A DNA stretch of 62,684 bases, the filler included, from Stramenopiles sp. TOSAG23-2 (lineage: Eukaryota): NCBI GenBank assembly GCA_900128395.1. It is 24 parts of 24 records of this genome, joined end to end, with 100 filler letters (N's around TTAATTAATTAA, not from the genome) between each part and the next. Parts side by side here need not be neighbours in the genome. Positions count along the whole stretch, not along the records: positions 1 to 2,539 come from LT651668.1; positions 2,640 to 5,177 come from LT651669.1; positions 5,278 to 7,815 come from LT651670.1; positions 7,916 to 10,452 come from LT651671.1; positions 10,553 to 13,085 come from LT651672.1; 19 more parts are not named here. One strand, written 5' to 3'. Of the stretch, positions 1 through 11,363 are shown piece by piece. The position numbers were made by a program, and so were the translations under genes. Each line of letters begins with the position of its first letter. The stretch's first letter is position 1. The notes under the pieces are model-generated. The model ran no database searches, was not told where the DNA came from, and was given only the letters and a program-made list of their open reading frames with translations.

Positions 1-615
1 TAATTTTGGTCAATTTTAGTACAGATGAGAATTTGATGAAATTAAGGCGTGGACTTCCGGAAAATTACTTTACAGTAATCGTGATTCATTTTACATGTAA
101 GTAGCATAACCCCATTTTTGTCACGTTCTCCACGTAACTCTACTTGTACCTCCCTCCAACGTCTGGCAAAAATCCAAATTTTAACAAATCGAAAACGGTA
201 TATTTAACACTATTCATAATGCAAACAATATTCATCATTTGTTTCTACATTTTCGGATATTTGTTATTTTTTACAAATATATGAAAATAAAATATTGGTA
301 TTTTAGAAAACGATATATTTTATATTTTCGCCATAGTGAATAGTGTTAATTGTTTTGAAAGACAAGCGAACTGTTCCAAAAATATCAAAACTCCTAATAA
401 TAATTTATACGTCCAACCGGTTGTGTAACATTATTAATACATCGAAATATATATATTTAATATATTTTACATATTATATATGTAAAAAAACAAGGTAGAC
501 AATAACAAGAAACAATTTAATAGTATTATTATTATTATTATTATTCAGTTACATATACACATACATACACACATATATTTAATAACCACTTATTTTGTGA
601 CACAACGAAAACAAA

Positions 616-1929
616 ATGAGTATACCATTAAAAAATTCATTAGCACCACGCATGCCAAAATCTGTCGAGTCTATCATACAATATGAATACAACGACTTAG
701 ATCCTGGTATGGAAAATATATTGCAATGGATGCGAGATCAAAAAACATTCAATCAATTTGCACATGGGCGTGATCCATTCATCGTCCATTTACGTGGCAC
801 TTGGGAAGTATTAAGGAATTGGGATCAACCATACCACGTTGCTAGGTGTGGTTTATTTCATAGCTCCTATTCAAAATTAGGTTTTAACTTTCGTTATTTT
901 GACATTAACAAAAAAGACGATAGGAAAATGTTAGCTAGTGTTATTGGCGACGATGCAGAGCATTTGGTCTGGCAATACTGTCACCATGCATACATATGGG
1001 ATGTACGCGAATCATTTGGTCCAAAAGAAATATGGAAGTCCTTACCTGGTAATTTAGGGAAAATGGAAATCAATCCAAATTATCCAATACTTGGTGAACC
1101 TTTAAATCCAAACGGGTATGATATTCCATCAATTGTAAATCCTTCAGAAACTATCCATTTCACACCTGAGGAAATTGCAAATTATTTCGTCGTATTTGCT
1201 GCTGATGTTATCGATCAATTCACGGATGTTACCAGTTATAGTCAAATTTATACACCTGGACTGTCTGTAAATGGAAAAGCAACTAGAATTTGGCCTGGTA
1301 CAGGTAAACCAGGGATGATGTCGAACAGTCTTGGATTCGCTTTTTTCAGTCGTATGTTGTATACAGCACGTGATTATTTAAAAGTTGTACCTCCAGTATT
1401 TAATAATTGTACAGTGATTTTAGATCAAAAGGACGAGAAAGAAGCACGTGATTTATATTGGGATGCACGACGATTTGAACATGAAAAATCCGATGAAGAA
1501 TTGGAGGCTATGTACAGAAAATCTGCAGAGCTTAACCCATGGGTTGCAGAGACTCATATCATGTTGTCTCAATTATTATATAAGCGAGAAGCGTGGAGTG
1601 AAGCAGCAGAAGAAGGTGTCAAAGCAATCAAATTATTATATGATTGGGGTACACATTGGGATAAACAAATTTCATATGCACAATGGGTTGGCTTTGCAAG
1701 AATGTGTCATATGCGTGCAAAACGTCGCGAAGCTGGTTTAAAAGCATTGCCTAGTCAAGCAATTTCCCCAGAAGCAAGGAAAGACGCACAAGAAGTTACA
1801 TACCTTCAAGACATCATGGCAGAATTTGAAAAGTACACTGTACCAGAAAGTTTAGCAGAAAAAAATGGTATCAAACAAAAGAAAAAATTAGTTAGTTCTT
1901 TGGTTAGTGGCAATTCTAGTAAATTGTAA
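616..1929 (+). CDS. DUF6817 (HD-like) domain protein with TPR-like C-terminal part and PTS1 (SKL)
   Basis: 437-aa ORF. N-terminal H-G-x-x-x-F-x-x-H-L-x-G-T...W...CGLFHSSYS pattern, a WPGTGKPG motif, a helical LNPWVAETHIMLSQL repeat, and the end -SSKL. Confidence 0.75.
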   Translation: MSIPLKNSLAPRMPKSVESIIQYEYNDLDPGMENILQWMRDQKTFNQFAHGRDPFIVHLRGTWEVLRNWDQPYHVARCGLFHSSYSKLGFNFRYFDINKKDDRKMLASVIGDDAEHLVWQYCHHAYIWDVRESFGPKEIWKSLPGNLGKMEINPNYPILGEPLNPNGYDIPSIVNPSETIHFTPEEIANYFVVFAADVIDQFTDVTSYSQIYTPGLSVNGKATRIWPGTGKPGMMSNSLGFAFFSRMLYTARDYLKVVPPVFNNCTVILDQKDEKEARDLYWDARRFEHEKSDEELEAMYRKSAELNPWVAETHIMLSQLLYKREAWSEAAEEGVKAIKLLYDWGTHWDKQISYAQWVGFARMCHMRAKRREAGLKALPSQAISPEARKDAQEVTYLQDIMAEFEKYTVPESLAEKNGIKQKKKLVSSLVSGNSSKL

Positions 1930-2539
1930 ATAGATGTATTATCATACGTATAAAGTTTGAACGGCAGTACATGTTATTGTATCATACCCTGTGTAATAAA
2001 ATAAAAAAGAGCTAGGATAATATTAAAAATAAATAAAAGATGGTGGACCAGTGGACACTTTTTTTGAAAAAATCAAAACTCAAAATGTGTGTGGCACCAA
2101 CAAATAAATCGTTCTCGCCAGAGTTTTTTTCGTATATTTTTTTAAAAAGATCTCTAAAAGAGAGTGTTACGAACGCGCGTACGGCTTACGGCTTATTTTA
2201 TTTTACGAAACTCGTATTATTTTTATTTTTACACTTCTTATCTCAGTACTCAGTACTTTTTATATTTTGTATGTATAATGACATATGTATGTTGTTCGTT
2301 GTGAAGATTTGGTATATAAAAATATATATAATATTAATTATTATGGTGAATATCCTCATCCTAATCCATTTCACTTGTTAACTTGTTGATTATTGTCGTG
2401 CGTTATCCTGGTTATAATATATCGCAATAATAGAGTCAGTCGTCGTCTTCTTCTGGCAATACCAGGTATAATAAATTATTATTAGAAATTGCTTGACTAG
2501 GCAATGCTTTTAAACCAGCTTCGCGACGTTTTGCACGCA

Positions 2540-2639
2540 NNNNNNNNNNNNNNNNNNNNNNNNNNNNNNNNNNNNNNNNNNNNTTAATTAATTAANNNNN
2601 NNNNNNNNNNNNNNNNNNNNNNNNNNNNNNNNNNNNNNN
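2540..2639. other. Artificial contig linker (N44-TTAATTAATTAA-N44); first of 23 such linkers in the window
   Basis: The same 100-bp N-padded, all-frame-stop spacer recurs every ~2.6 kb, and contig lengths fall steadily (2539, 2538, 2538, 2537 ... 2496, 2495). Confidence 0.99.
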
Positions 2640-3480
2640 TGTTATTATTAATATGGCTTTGTCGATTCTCTAAAGGCTTTCGAGTTGCTTCAATATTTAA
2701 TTCTACAAATTGATTATTGTAAGGGTTCTTACTACTACTCCTTTGCAATGGTATGATGGAAGTAGTAGGACGAGGTGATTGTCTTTCTTGCCATTCAGAA
2801 AAAATCTTATGAGCTGTAATGTTTCTTCGTGTATTTGTTCTCAATTTGATATTTACATGAGACGGCACAGACGCAGTTAAGGAATATACATTATTAGACG
2901 TATTGCTTAACTCTAAAATATCATTTTGATTATATATTGATGAAAATGACATATATTGACTTTGTTTTCCCATGTTCTTTCTCATATTAATATTCTTGTT
3001 ACTATCTATTATTTGTCGTGTGCCCTCACTTTTTTCCAACCATTTGTTTTCATTTTCTAAAATTGATATTAATGTATCAAAATATGGAATGACCTTTTTC
3101 GATTCCATATTTTTAGCTAAACTCAGCCAACTATTGTAAAAGTCTTCATATCCAACATATCGATTATTATTCGTTGTTGGTATATCATTATTTATATTAC
3201 TACTACTACTACGATCATTCATTAATTTCATTAAATCACGCCATTCAAGTTCATGTGAATGTAAACTATGTAATTCATCTGAATTATTATTATTGCCTTT
3301 GCTACTATATCCATTGTTATTATTTGTATTGTAATTCATAATTTTATCTAACATTTTTAACTGGTAAATATAATATTGTTCATCAATTACTCCTTTATTT
3401 TGTGGATCCAGTAATTTCCATATCATATTAATGGATTTATGTAATATATCATCATCATTATTATGATATGTTTCATCCAT
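2640..3480 (-). CDS. Hypothetical protein with an N-terminal EF-hand-like loop (3' truncated by contig end)
   Basis: Open frame running to the contig edge. IWKLLDPQNKGVIDEQYY resembles an EF-hand loop. Asn-rich low complexity. Confidence 0.5.
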
Positions 3481-3958
3481 ATTCTGTTTTCTTTTCTTTT
3501 TTTCTTATAAATCGTATATAATATTAATCTGTTTTTAAAACACGATCTTTACTTTTAATGTAGAAATTATTTGATACTAGTTGCAGTAAATGCTATCGCG
3601 AAAGTCCTCTTGTATGAACATGTATATATATTTCTGATGGTAAAATGTGTGTGTTCATGTGTGAAAAATGTAAAACGCATCAGTATATAGAATAAATGTG
3701 ACAAAAGTTAGACCGTTTATACTTATTACTATATGCCTTGGGTATGGAAATTAGCCTATGACCAAAAAAATACTCATCACGTCATCTGACATCTGTGATT
3801 TCCTTAATAAATTCATATTTTCCGGGATTGTTGGTTTCCAAAACAATGCGATATACTGTACAGTACAGTATATTTTACGTTCACATGAAAATGTTCATAT
3901 ATATATATATAAAAAATTCTCTTATTTTATATATATATATAAATATTTAGAATTTTAA

Positions 3959-4837
3959 TTACAATTTCGAATCTCTATCTTTCAATGTTGGCGCATTTTC
4001 AAATACAGGTTTTTTCTTTTCAAAAAATGCTTGTCCAGCAATTGCCATATCTTTTGTTTGTGCCATACCAGTATTCCATGTTAAACCAAATCTCAATGAA
4101 TCTTCAACATTATGATCCCTGGAATAATTCAACATGGTTTTCACTCCCATCACAGCAATAGGACTTTTTTCTGCTATCATTGTTGCCATTTCCAAACCTT
4201 GTTGCATCAATTGAGTCTGATCTTTGCAAATTTTCGATACAAGTCCAAATTGCAATGCCTCTTCACTTGTAAATCTTCGTCCACTAAATTGCAATTCACG
4301 TACAAGACTATCGTTCCCTATGATTTTTGGAAACAATTGATTGCCACCAAGATCAGCAGCAATACCTAAATCAACTTCAGGAGCTTGAAATATACAATCT
4401 TGAGTGCAATATCTAATATCAGCAAAACACACCATTTCCAATGCAGCCCCAAAACAACCTCTTTGCATACATGCAATGACAGGTTTAGTGCATAAATTAA
4501 TTGCTTTCCACGCATTTTGCCATGCCCCACCAGATTTTAAAGTGGTAACAGCTCTTTGTGCACCGTCAAGACGTTTTCCTCCATGGCCACCACCAAACGT
4601 ATTTGCACCTGCAAGTTCAATACCTGCACTGAAAACTTTCCCAGCACCAGTCAATATAACGCACCTGCAATCTGCTTCTGCTGGTACTATTTCACTGAAT
4701 ACATGTCCAATTTCTTGCCATACACGTGGTGACATTGCATTTCTTTTTTCCGGCCTGTTCATTCTTACTTCTAATACATGTGGCCTTATGTAAAAGGCCA
4801 TAATATATTGGTAATTGGAAGGTGTAATATCTGCCAT
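3959..4837 (-). CDS. ECH1: Delta(3,5)-Delta(2,4)-dienoyl-CoA isomerase (crotonase family), peroxisomal
   Basis: MNRPEKRNAM, GAGKVFSAGI, KPVIA, DIRYCTQD, EVDLGIAADLG and KSPIAVMGVK...NYSRDHNVEDSL; C-terminal SKL. Start placed at the ATG at 4837 (MADITPS) rather than the upstream GTG. Confidence 0.9.
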   Translation of the reverse strand: MADITPSNYQYIMAFYIRPHVLEVRMNRPEKRNAMSPRVWQEIGHVFSEIVPAEADCRCVILTGAGKVFSAGIELAGANTFGGGHGGKRLDGAQRAVTTLKSGGAWQNAWKAINLCTKPVIACMQRGCFGAALEMVCFADIRYCTQDCIFQAPEVDLGIAADLGGNQLFPKIIGNDSLVRELQFSGRRFTSEEALQFGLVSKICKDQTQLMQQGLEMATMIAEKSPIAVMGVKTMLNYSRDHNVEDSLRFGLTWNTGMAQTKDMAIAGQAFFEKKKPVFENAPTLKDRDSKL

Positions 4838-5279
4838 CAAGCTAAAATTTGTTGTTTCCCCCCCTCTTTTTACAAAAAAATAGTCAAAGTGTTTAATGCG
4901 TACCACTGGTGGTATATATGTTATATATGATACAACTTTATGTTTTTAACTCACCACAATCGTTATTATATTATGTTCTACTTGTATACATCATATCCGT
5001 TTGTGTTCTGTATTGTATATGTAGGTAGGTATTGCTTATTGTACATAAATTATTTATTCTTTAAAAAATAATAATAATAATAAAAAAAAAGTGTGTGAGA
5101 CTGACATCAGACGACATCAGACGTGCGCAGACCACCAGACCTACTCTGGACACCAGAGATTTTCCTTGCCAGTATCCNNNNNNNNNNNNNNNNNNNNNNN
5201 NNNNNNNNNNNNNNNNNNNNNTTAATTAATTAANNNNNNNNNNNNNNNNNNNNNNNNNNNNNNNNNNNNNNNNNNNNAT

Positions 5280-7559
5280 TCCAATCCGAGCTTAAAACAG
5301 AAGGGTCGTTTGTATGTTTGTGACTTAGCCGGAACAGAACCAGCTGGAGATGTTTACTTTGCAAATTATAAGAAAGAGTGGTACGAAGAGAATGGGGAGA
5401 AAAAATTTGAATACAAATTGATAGGTCCAAATAAAGATAAAAATAAAACGAAGCAATTGCAAGATCAAGGTAAAAAAATTAATTTATCACTAACAGAGAT
5501 GGCACAATTCTTTATGAAAATGGCTCAAGCCATTAAAAAGAAAAAGTTGAAACCAGGCAAATCTATTCCTGGCTGCAACAGTTATTTCTTGTGCAAATAT
5601 TTAAAAGATACGATGATGCAAGCTAGGACTTATTTATTTTGTGCTATTCGACCAGAATGTAAATACCATCCTTACACATTTAGTACATTAAATTTCGCAA
5701 AAAATGCTAGTGTAATTAAATTATCGCCGAAGAAAGCTACCGTAGCAGCAAGTCCAGCTGAACGCAAAATGATGGCAGAATTGCAAAAAATGCAAGATAT
5801 GATGAATGCGATGAAAGCTGAGAACGAGAAATTAAAATCTGGTGGCGGTGGTGGTGGTGGCGGCGGCGATGTCGCAGCGTTGCAGAAGATGTTGGAAGAC
5901 AAGCAAAAAGCGTTACAGGACGCATTGAATGCAGAGGGTGCTGGTGGCGCTGCCAATGATGCCCAAGCACAGTTGCAACGACAAAAAGAAGAATACGAAC
6001 GGCGTGGTATTACATTAAAAGATTTCGCTGGCGATAATCAATGCCCTTATTTTATTAATTTGGACGAGGATGGCTTTAGAGATCAACGTATGTTATTTAT
6101 TTTCGACAAAGAAACTACTTCCATTGGGCCTGGGTGTGATATTAAACCAATGAGTTATTCTATTGTGAAAAACCATGCAATTATCAAAGTTGGCGATGAA
6201 GTTACGCTTACAAATGGAGCAGGTGCTACATATATCAATGGGAGTCCCGTACAGGGAAACGAGACCGTAACGTTGAAACCGCTTGACAAAATTGCACTTG
6301 CGAATGAATTGTTTTTATTCCGCTATCCAGGCAAAGATCCGGAGGGCGACCAAGTACATATTCCAACCGCAGATGAGGCAGCTGAGGAGTATCGTGCAGC
6401 TTTACGAGCTAAAAATGCTTCTCAAGATGACGAGTTTCAAGCCAAATTAAGAGCATTTGAAGAAGAGAAAAAGAAATTCTCTGAACAAAGAGCTTCCGTT
6501 ACAGGTGGCGCCATGACACAAGGCACGGAAGCAAAACTTGCCCAAGCAAAAGCAGCTATACACCAGGAGTTATTAGATTTAGTGCCAAAGATCAAAGATA
6601 CGCATACAATTTTAACAAAATTGAATCGCGAATACATAAAATGTGAAGCAACTATGCAAGATTCATTAGCTACCGATTATATGGGAGTTCCAATTGTGAA
6701 AGTTAAAATCACCAATACAACAAGCGGTGAAACAATTGTGCTGGATCCATTTGAATTTGTGAAAGCACATGCAGTTTTAAATGATGAAGTTTCGTTTTTA
6801 ACTGGTGCTTTAAATGCCGGCAATGATTATTACGCACCCGAATTCCACGAACCTGTAACTTTGTTTTTCGATCATAGTTTCCAACTCGGAACAGCAATAT
6901 TTTTCATTGAATACTTAATTTACATGTTTCCAAGTGAAGATGGTGATATTGAAGTTAACATATCAAATGTCGTTTCCCCCCACCAAGATGTTGGTAAACT
7001 GGAAGTTATATGGACCCCAATGGCCGATGAAGACGATGATGAATGCGAGGGAGAAATAATGGAAATTGGTGACCCAAGCGAATTAATTGGAAAACCATGG
7101 ACATACAGAATTCAGATTAAACACGCGACAGATTTGATTCAAATGTCAGGTTCTGCTTATTGTCAATACGATTTCAATGGCGAGACATTTACAACAGAAT
7201 GCATTGAGGACCACACAATGTCACCTACATTCGACTATTCATATACCCATCATGTTGATTCTGTTGATCAAGCGTTCTTGGACTACCTAGCCAAGCCATT
7301 TCATGTTAATGTTTTCATTACACCATATGTTGCAAATCCGCCAAGAGACAAAGTTTCTACGAATAATGATGTTATTGTTGGCAATATTACTGGTAAAAAA
7401 GTGACGCTACAAAGCATACGAAAAGAGAATGAAGAGTTGAAAAAAGAAAATGCAGCACTTATAGCAGAAGTTAATAAATATCGCGCTGAAAAAGGCCAAG
7501 GAAAGTATGTGTCAAAATTGGAAAATGCAAAAGCAACTGATAAAAGTATTAATGGCTAG
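5280..7559 (+). CDS. Kinesin (kinesin-3/KIF28-like architecture: end of motor, coiled coil, FHA, C2-like); 5' partial
   Basis: DLAGTE switch II, KINLSL, TFSTLNFAKNA; PYFINLDED before an FHA-like segment (TYINGSPV...LKPLDKIAL); C2-like end (SAYCQYDF...TMSPTFDYS). Confidence 0.85.
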   Translation, partial: SNPSLKQKGRLYVCDLAGTEPAGDVYFANYKKEWYEENGEKKFEYKLIGPNKDKNKTKQLQDQGKKINLSLTEMAQFFMKMAQAIKKKKLKPGKSIPGCNSYFLCKYLKDTMMQARTYLFCAIRPECKYHPYTFSTLNFAKNASVIKLSPKKATVAASPAERKMMAELQKMQDMMNAMKAENEKLKSGGGGGGGGGDVAALQKMLEDKQKALQDALNAEGAGGAANDAQAQLQRQKEEYERRGITLKDFAGDNQCPYFINLDEDGFRDQRMLFIFDKETTSIGPGCDIKPMSYSIVKNHAIIKVGDEVTLTNGAGATYINGSPVQGNETVTLKPLDKIALANELFLFRYPGKDPEGDQVHIPTADEAAEEYRAALRAKNASQDDEFQAKLRAFEEEKKKFSEQRASVTGGAMTQGTEAKLAQAKAAIHQELLDLVPKIKDTHTILTKLNREYIKCEATMQDSLATDYMGVPIVKVKITNTTSGETIVLDPFEFVKAHAVLNDEVSFLTGALNAGNDYYAPEFHEPVTLFFDHSFQLGTAIFFIEYLIYMFPSEDGDIEVNISNVVSPHQDVGKLEVIWTPMADEDDDECEGEIMEIGDPSELIGKPWTYRIQIKHATDLIQMSGSAYCQYDFNGETFTTECIEDHTMSPTFDYSYTHHVDSVDQAFLDYLAKPFHVNVFITPYVANPPRDKVSTNNDVIVGNITGKKVTLQSIRKENEELKKENAALIAEVNKYRAEKGQGKYVSKLENAKATDKSING

Positions 7560-7734
7560 TTTTAAAAGTACGACTCGTACGTACATTATAAATATATATG
7601 CATAATGATATGGTATGATAATACGTATGATGGTTATGGTATGATAATATATATTAATCATTATGATTTGTTGATATAATTATAATATAAAAAATTCTCT
7701 TACTTATAAATATATATATATATATTTAAAATAT

Positions 7735-7815
7735 TGGTTAAAATCTAAGTTATAATAATTTTACACTTCTCGTGTTAAAGTAATATGCTCAATACTCAAT
7801 CGCAAGAATAATATG
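7735..7815 (-). repeat. Repeat family A copy at contig end
   Basis: Identical to 12546-12626. Confidence 0.9.
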
Positions 7816-7915
7816 NNNNNNNNNNNNNNNNNNNNNNNNNNNNNNNNNNNNNNNNNNNNTTAATTAATTAANNNNNNNNNNNNNNNNNNNNNNNNNNNNN
7901 NNNNNNNNNNNNNNN

Positions 7916-8916
7916 GGTGGCTCTGGGTAAGGACCATCCTCCTCTTCATCCCACCAATCTGGTTGAGGAACGTATTCTTCGTCTTCTACTAACGCTGGTG
8001 ATGATAATGGTTCACTACCTGATGTAGTAGTACTACTAGTAGTAAAAGTAGATTTATCAATGGTCCCTCCTCCTCCTTTTGCCATATCCGATGCGCTAAA
8101 TCGATCTTGCACTAATACAGAAATAAAAACACCAATAAGTAAAACAAACCATATTTCATTGAATAAATTATAGGTTGATTTATATAATTTAATAACATGT
8201 CTTTTGTATTTTTTATTGATGATGGCACTATTATTATTATCATCATCATCATCATCATTATCACCATGATCCATTTCATTAGCATTATTAGCGTTATCGC
8301 TTGTGGTTGTTGAACTATTAGTTTCATAAGAATAATCATTTTTTTCATCATCATCCTCACTTCTTGATTTAACTGTTGGTTTATTAGGTTGTTGCAAATC
8401 AGTTTTCATAGTAGTAATAGCAGTTGTTCTGCCATCAGTTGTTCTGCCTACTGCAACACCAGCACCGATTGATAAAATAATCGCTCCCGCTAATCGAAAA
8501 AATGCAGTTTCACCTCCTAACATTCCATATGTAATAGCAGCAGAGTCAAGTCCAGCTGATTGTGCAGCAGTCAAAAATGAAACAACAGCAGCTGGCGATG
8601 CGCCAGCAGAAGATAATCCAATTGATAAGGGAATTGCACCACAGGAACATAATGGAGTTGCTAATCCAAGTAACGATGCCATCAAACATAAAGATAAAAG
8701 TTCAAAAAAAGTTGGATCTTTAGAATTAAATGTCAAAAATCGTCGAACATTTACAGTAGGCAACTTCACTTGCTGCAAAATTACGGTGATTACTAACCCA
8801 ACCGTGAGCCAAGGAAGACTCTCATTGAATTTCGTTCCGGTTAATATGATTATTTCAGACCACGTGCTTGACATACCATCACTACTGGAGTTGCTATTAC
8901 AACATGATGGCGACAT
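7916..8916 (-). CDS. ArsP/DUF318 (UPF0718)-family permease; 3' truncated
   Basis: Signature GLATPLCSCGAIP...GASPAAVVSFLTAA with several hydrophobic helices and an N-terminal Cys pair. Confidence 0.8.
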
Positions 8917-9663
8917 AAAGTGCTTGACATACCATTACTACTGGAATTGCTATTACAACATGATGGCGACATAAATTATAATGATGAATGTGTGTATACT
9001 TTTAAATTCTGTTTTTATTATATTTAAATATTATTAAAATTATTACTATTATTAAACAGTGTATAACAATATATTAATGATTTAAATGATTATTCTTCAG
9101 AAATACATAATTATTACTGTGTACCTATTCTTCTTCGAATTTTGAATATATTATATATTCTTCTGTGTGAGTGGGGCCCAGTGCGTGAAGAATGCCTGGA
9201 ATGCGAGAGGAGAAGACGAGGAGGAGCATTTTCCATTTTCCATCATCCAAGGTTAAGGGTTGCCTCCTCCTGAATAAGGGATAAGGGAAAATCGATGAAT
9301 GATTTTTCTATATTCTAATTTCCCTTCCAAGTATAAATTATGGTAAGGATTTGCACATTTGATAGGTGGAAATGGGATTTTTAATTTTTTTCGACGAAGA
9401 ACGAAAAAAAAATAAAAAAGTGAGGAAGAAAAACAACAACACGAAAGGCGAATCATAAAGTAAAAATGAATTGATTGTGGGATAAGTGTGTAGTAACATG
9501 TTTTATACTTACATGTATTTATCTTTTACTCTGTCTTTCTGTACATATATATAGATAGATAGGATATTTAACAAGAGATTATTGTTTATACTATAATTAT
9601 TAATTTTGAACTTGTCTTTAATTTTTTTTTGAACAAAAAAAAATATAAATTAAATAGATATAA

Positions 9664-10291
9664 ATGCATTTTTCTTCATTTGACCGCCGTTATACATTTT
9701 TCATTACGATATTATTACAGTGTTACTTATTGGAACTGGTAATATGTCATAATAATAATAATAATGATATATATAGTTATAATAATAATAGATTAAGGCG
9801 GGTAAATAAACTGTTTTATAAGAATAAACAGGATATGGGAAATTATAATCAAATATAATAATAATAGATTAAGGCGGGTAAATAAACTGTTTTATAAGAA
9901 TAAACAGGATATGAGAAATTATAATCATATATCACCTCAACAAAAAGAACAAAAATATGTACATAAAGGAGAATTTAGTTTATTAGAAACACATGTTGCG
10001 CCTGCAACAATAAATACACGGGATGACCCAGACGCAATGCAGTTGCCACTGAAAAAATATACCTGTGGTTGTTACTTATCAAAATCACGTATTGAAGTTA
10101 CAAGTTTTTTCGAATCATTTGAATATATAGAAGAATACGAGGAGCAAGGCAATGGCAATATGGCGATGAACAAATTAAAAGATGATCCACCACCACTTCC
10201 AAATGTTAAACCGGATTATTTAGAGTGTAATTGTCATCATATCGATCCTCATATTGCTAAGAAATTGCAAGGTCAAGGTGAGGATGCATAA
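9664..10291 (+). CDS. Probable single secreted protein (~183 aa) split by a 76-bp tandem duplication
   Basis: ORF 9664 has a signal-peptide-like start. Removing one copy of the 76-bp repeat (9781-9926) puts ORF 9911-10291 in frame with it. Contains SLLET and CxC motifs. Confidence 0.6.
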
Positions 10292-10552
10292 TAATAAAAA
10301 ATGTGGTGTATGTGTGTATATTGTTACGAATACTCGACTTCATAATAAAAATAAAAAAATACAAGGAGAGAGATGGGGGAATTTTGGAACGTAAAATAAC
10401 ACTCTCCTGTTGCTCCGCGTGTGTCGTGTGTATTAATATAAAAATACTTTTTNNNNNNNNNNNNNNNNNNNNNNNNNNNNNNNNNNNNNNNNNNNNTTAA
10501 TTAATTAANNNNNNNNNNNNNNNNNNNNNNNNNNNNNNNNNNNNNNNNNNNN

Positions 10553-11363
10553 ATTAAACCATTTGCTTTTTGTTTCACTTCGTTGGATTTTGCATTGGAT
10601 AATGCAAGGCTTTTGATGATACCACCTTGTTGTGCACTTAATGATTGTACGTTTTGTAACATATTGGCGATATCATAACATCGTGTTGAGTTAGGTGGGG
10701 ATACTTGAGAACTAGAGCATTTTTTGCATGGCGAAACTCCATCGGTTGTGTAGGTGTTGGCTATGCATGCTGTACATTTTGCCTGTCCTTTTGTGGAAAC
10801 CATGCCGGGATCACATTTAGTACATGCTTCATTTTCTGATGTTTTACCTTCACCAAGTCCACGTTTTCCTGCATCACAGTTTTTACAAGGACCGGTAGAA
10901 CCTGTTTCGTCTTGATATGTACCGGAAGGACAGTTGATACATGTTTTTGTTTTGCATATACATTTCATACTATCACTACATTGTTTTGTTGATTTTGTGT
11001 TGTAATTCCAATAATAATATTTATTACTACCACTATAATAAAAACATCCAGGTGGCCAACCCGACTCACTCTCTCGGCCATGATATCCAGATATCCTTCA
11101 TTTTTATCAATATTATTCTTCCTATTATATTCAGCTGCTAATTCACATTCTGCTTCTGTTGTTATTTTAGATATACCACTACATTGTGAACCAGATGTAT
11201 GTGTATCTGTTGGACCGACAAGTCCATAGAAACCTTCACCAACTTTACAAGTAACGTCGCCATTTACAGCAGATATAAATACACATTGCAATACTACAAA
11301 CAATATCACTTTTATATGTAGTAATATTTTCGTGTTCATCATATGTAACATTATTTTCACCAA
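10553..11363 (-). CDS. Secreted Cys-rich repeat (GCC2/GCC3/TNFR-like) protein, frameshifted at ~11090; 3' truncated
   Basis: Signal peptide, C-x-x-C-P-x-G-T-Y-Q repeats and an ITTEAEC...WPPGC...CIC module. The two ORFs join if an 8-bp duplication at 11082-11097 is removed. Confidence 0.7.

Noticed and set aside
4838-4906. GTG/TTG starts assigned by the ORF track (also 5310, 20841, 24239, 49806)
   Set aside because: This is eukaryotic nuclear DNA. True starts are downstream ATGs or lie beyond contig ends.
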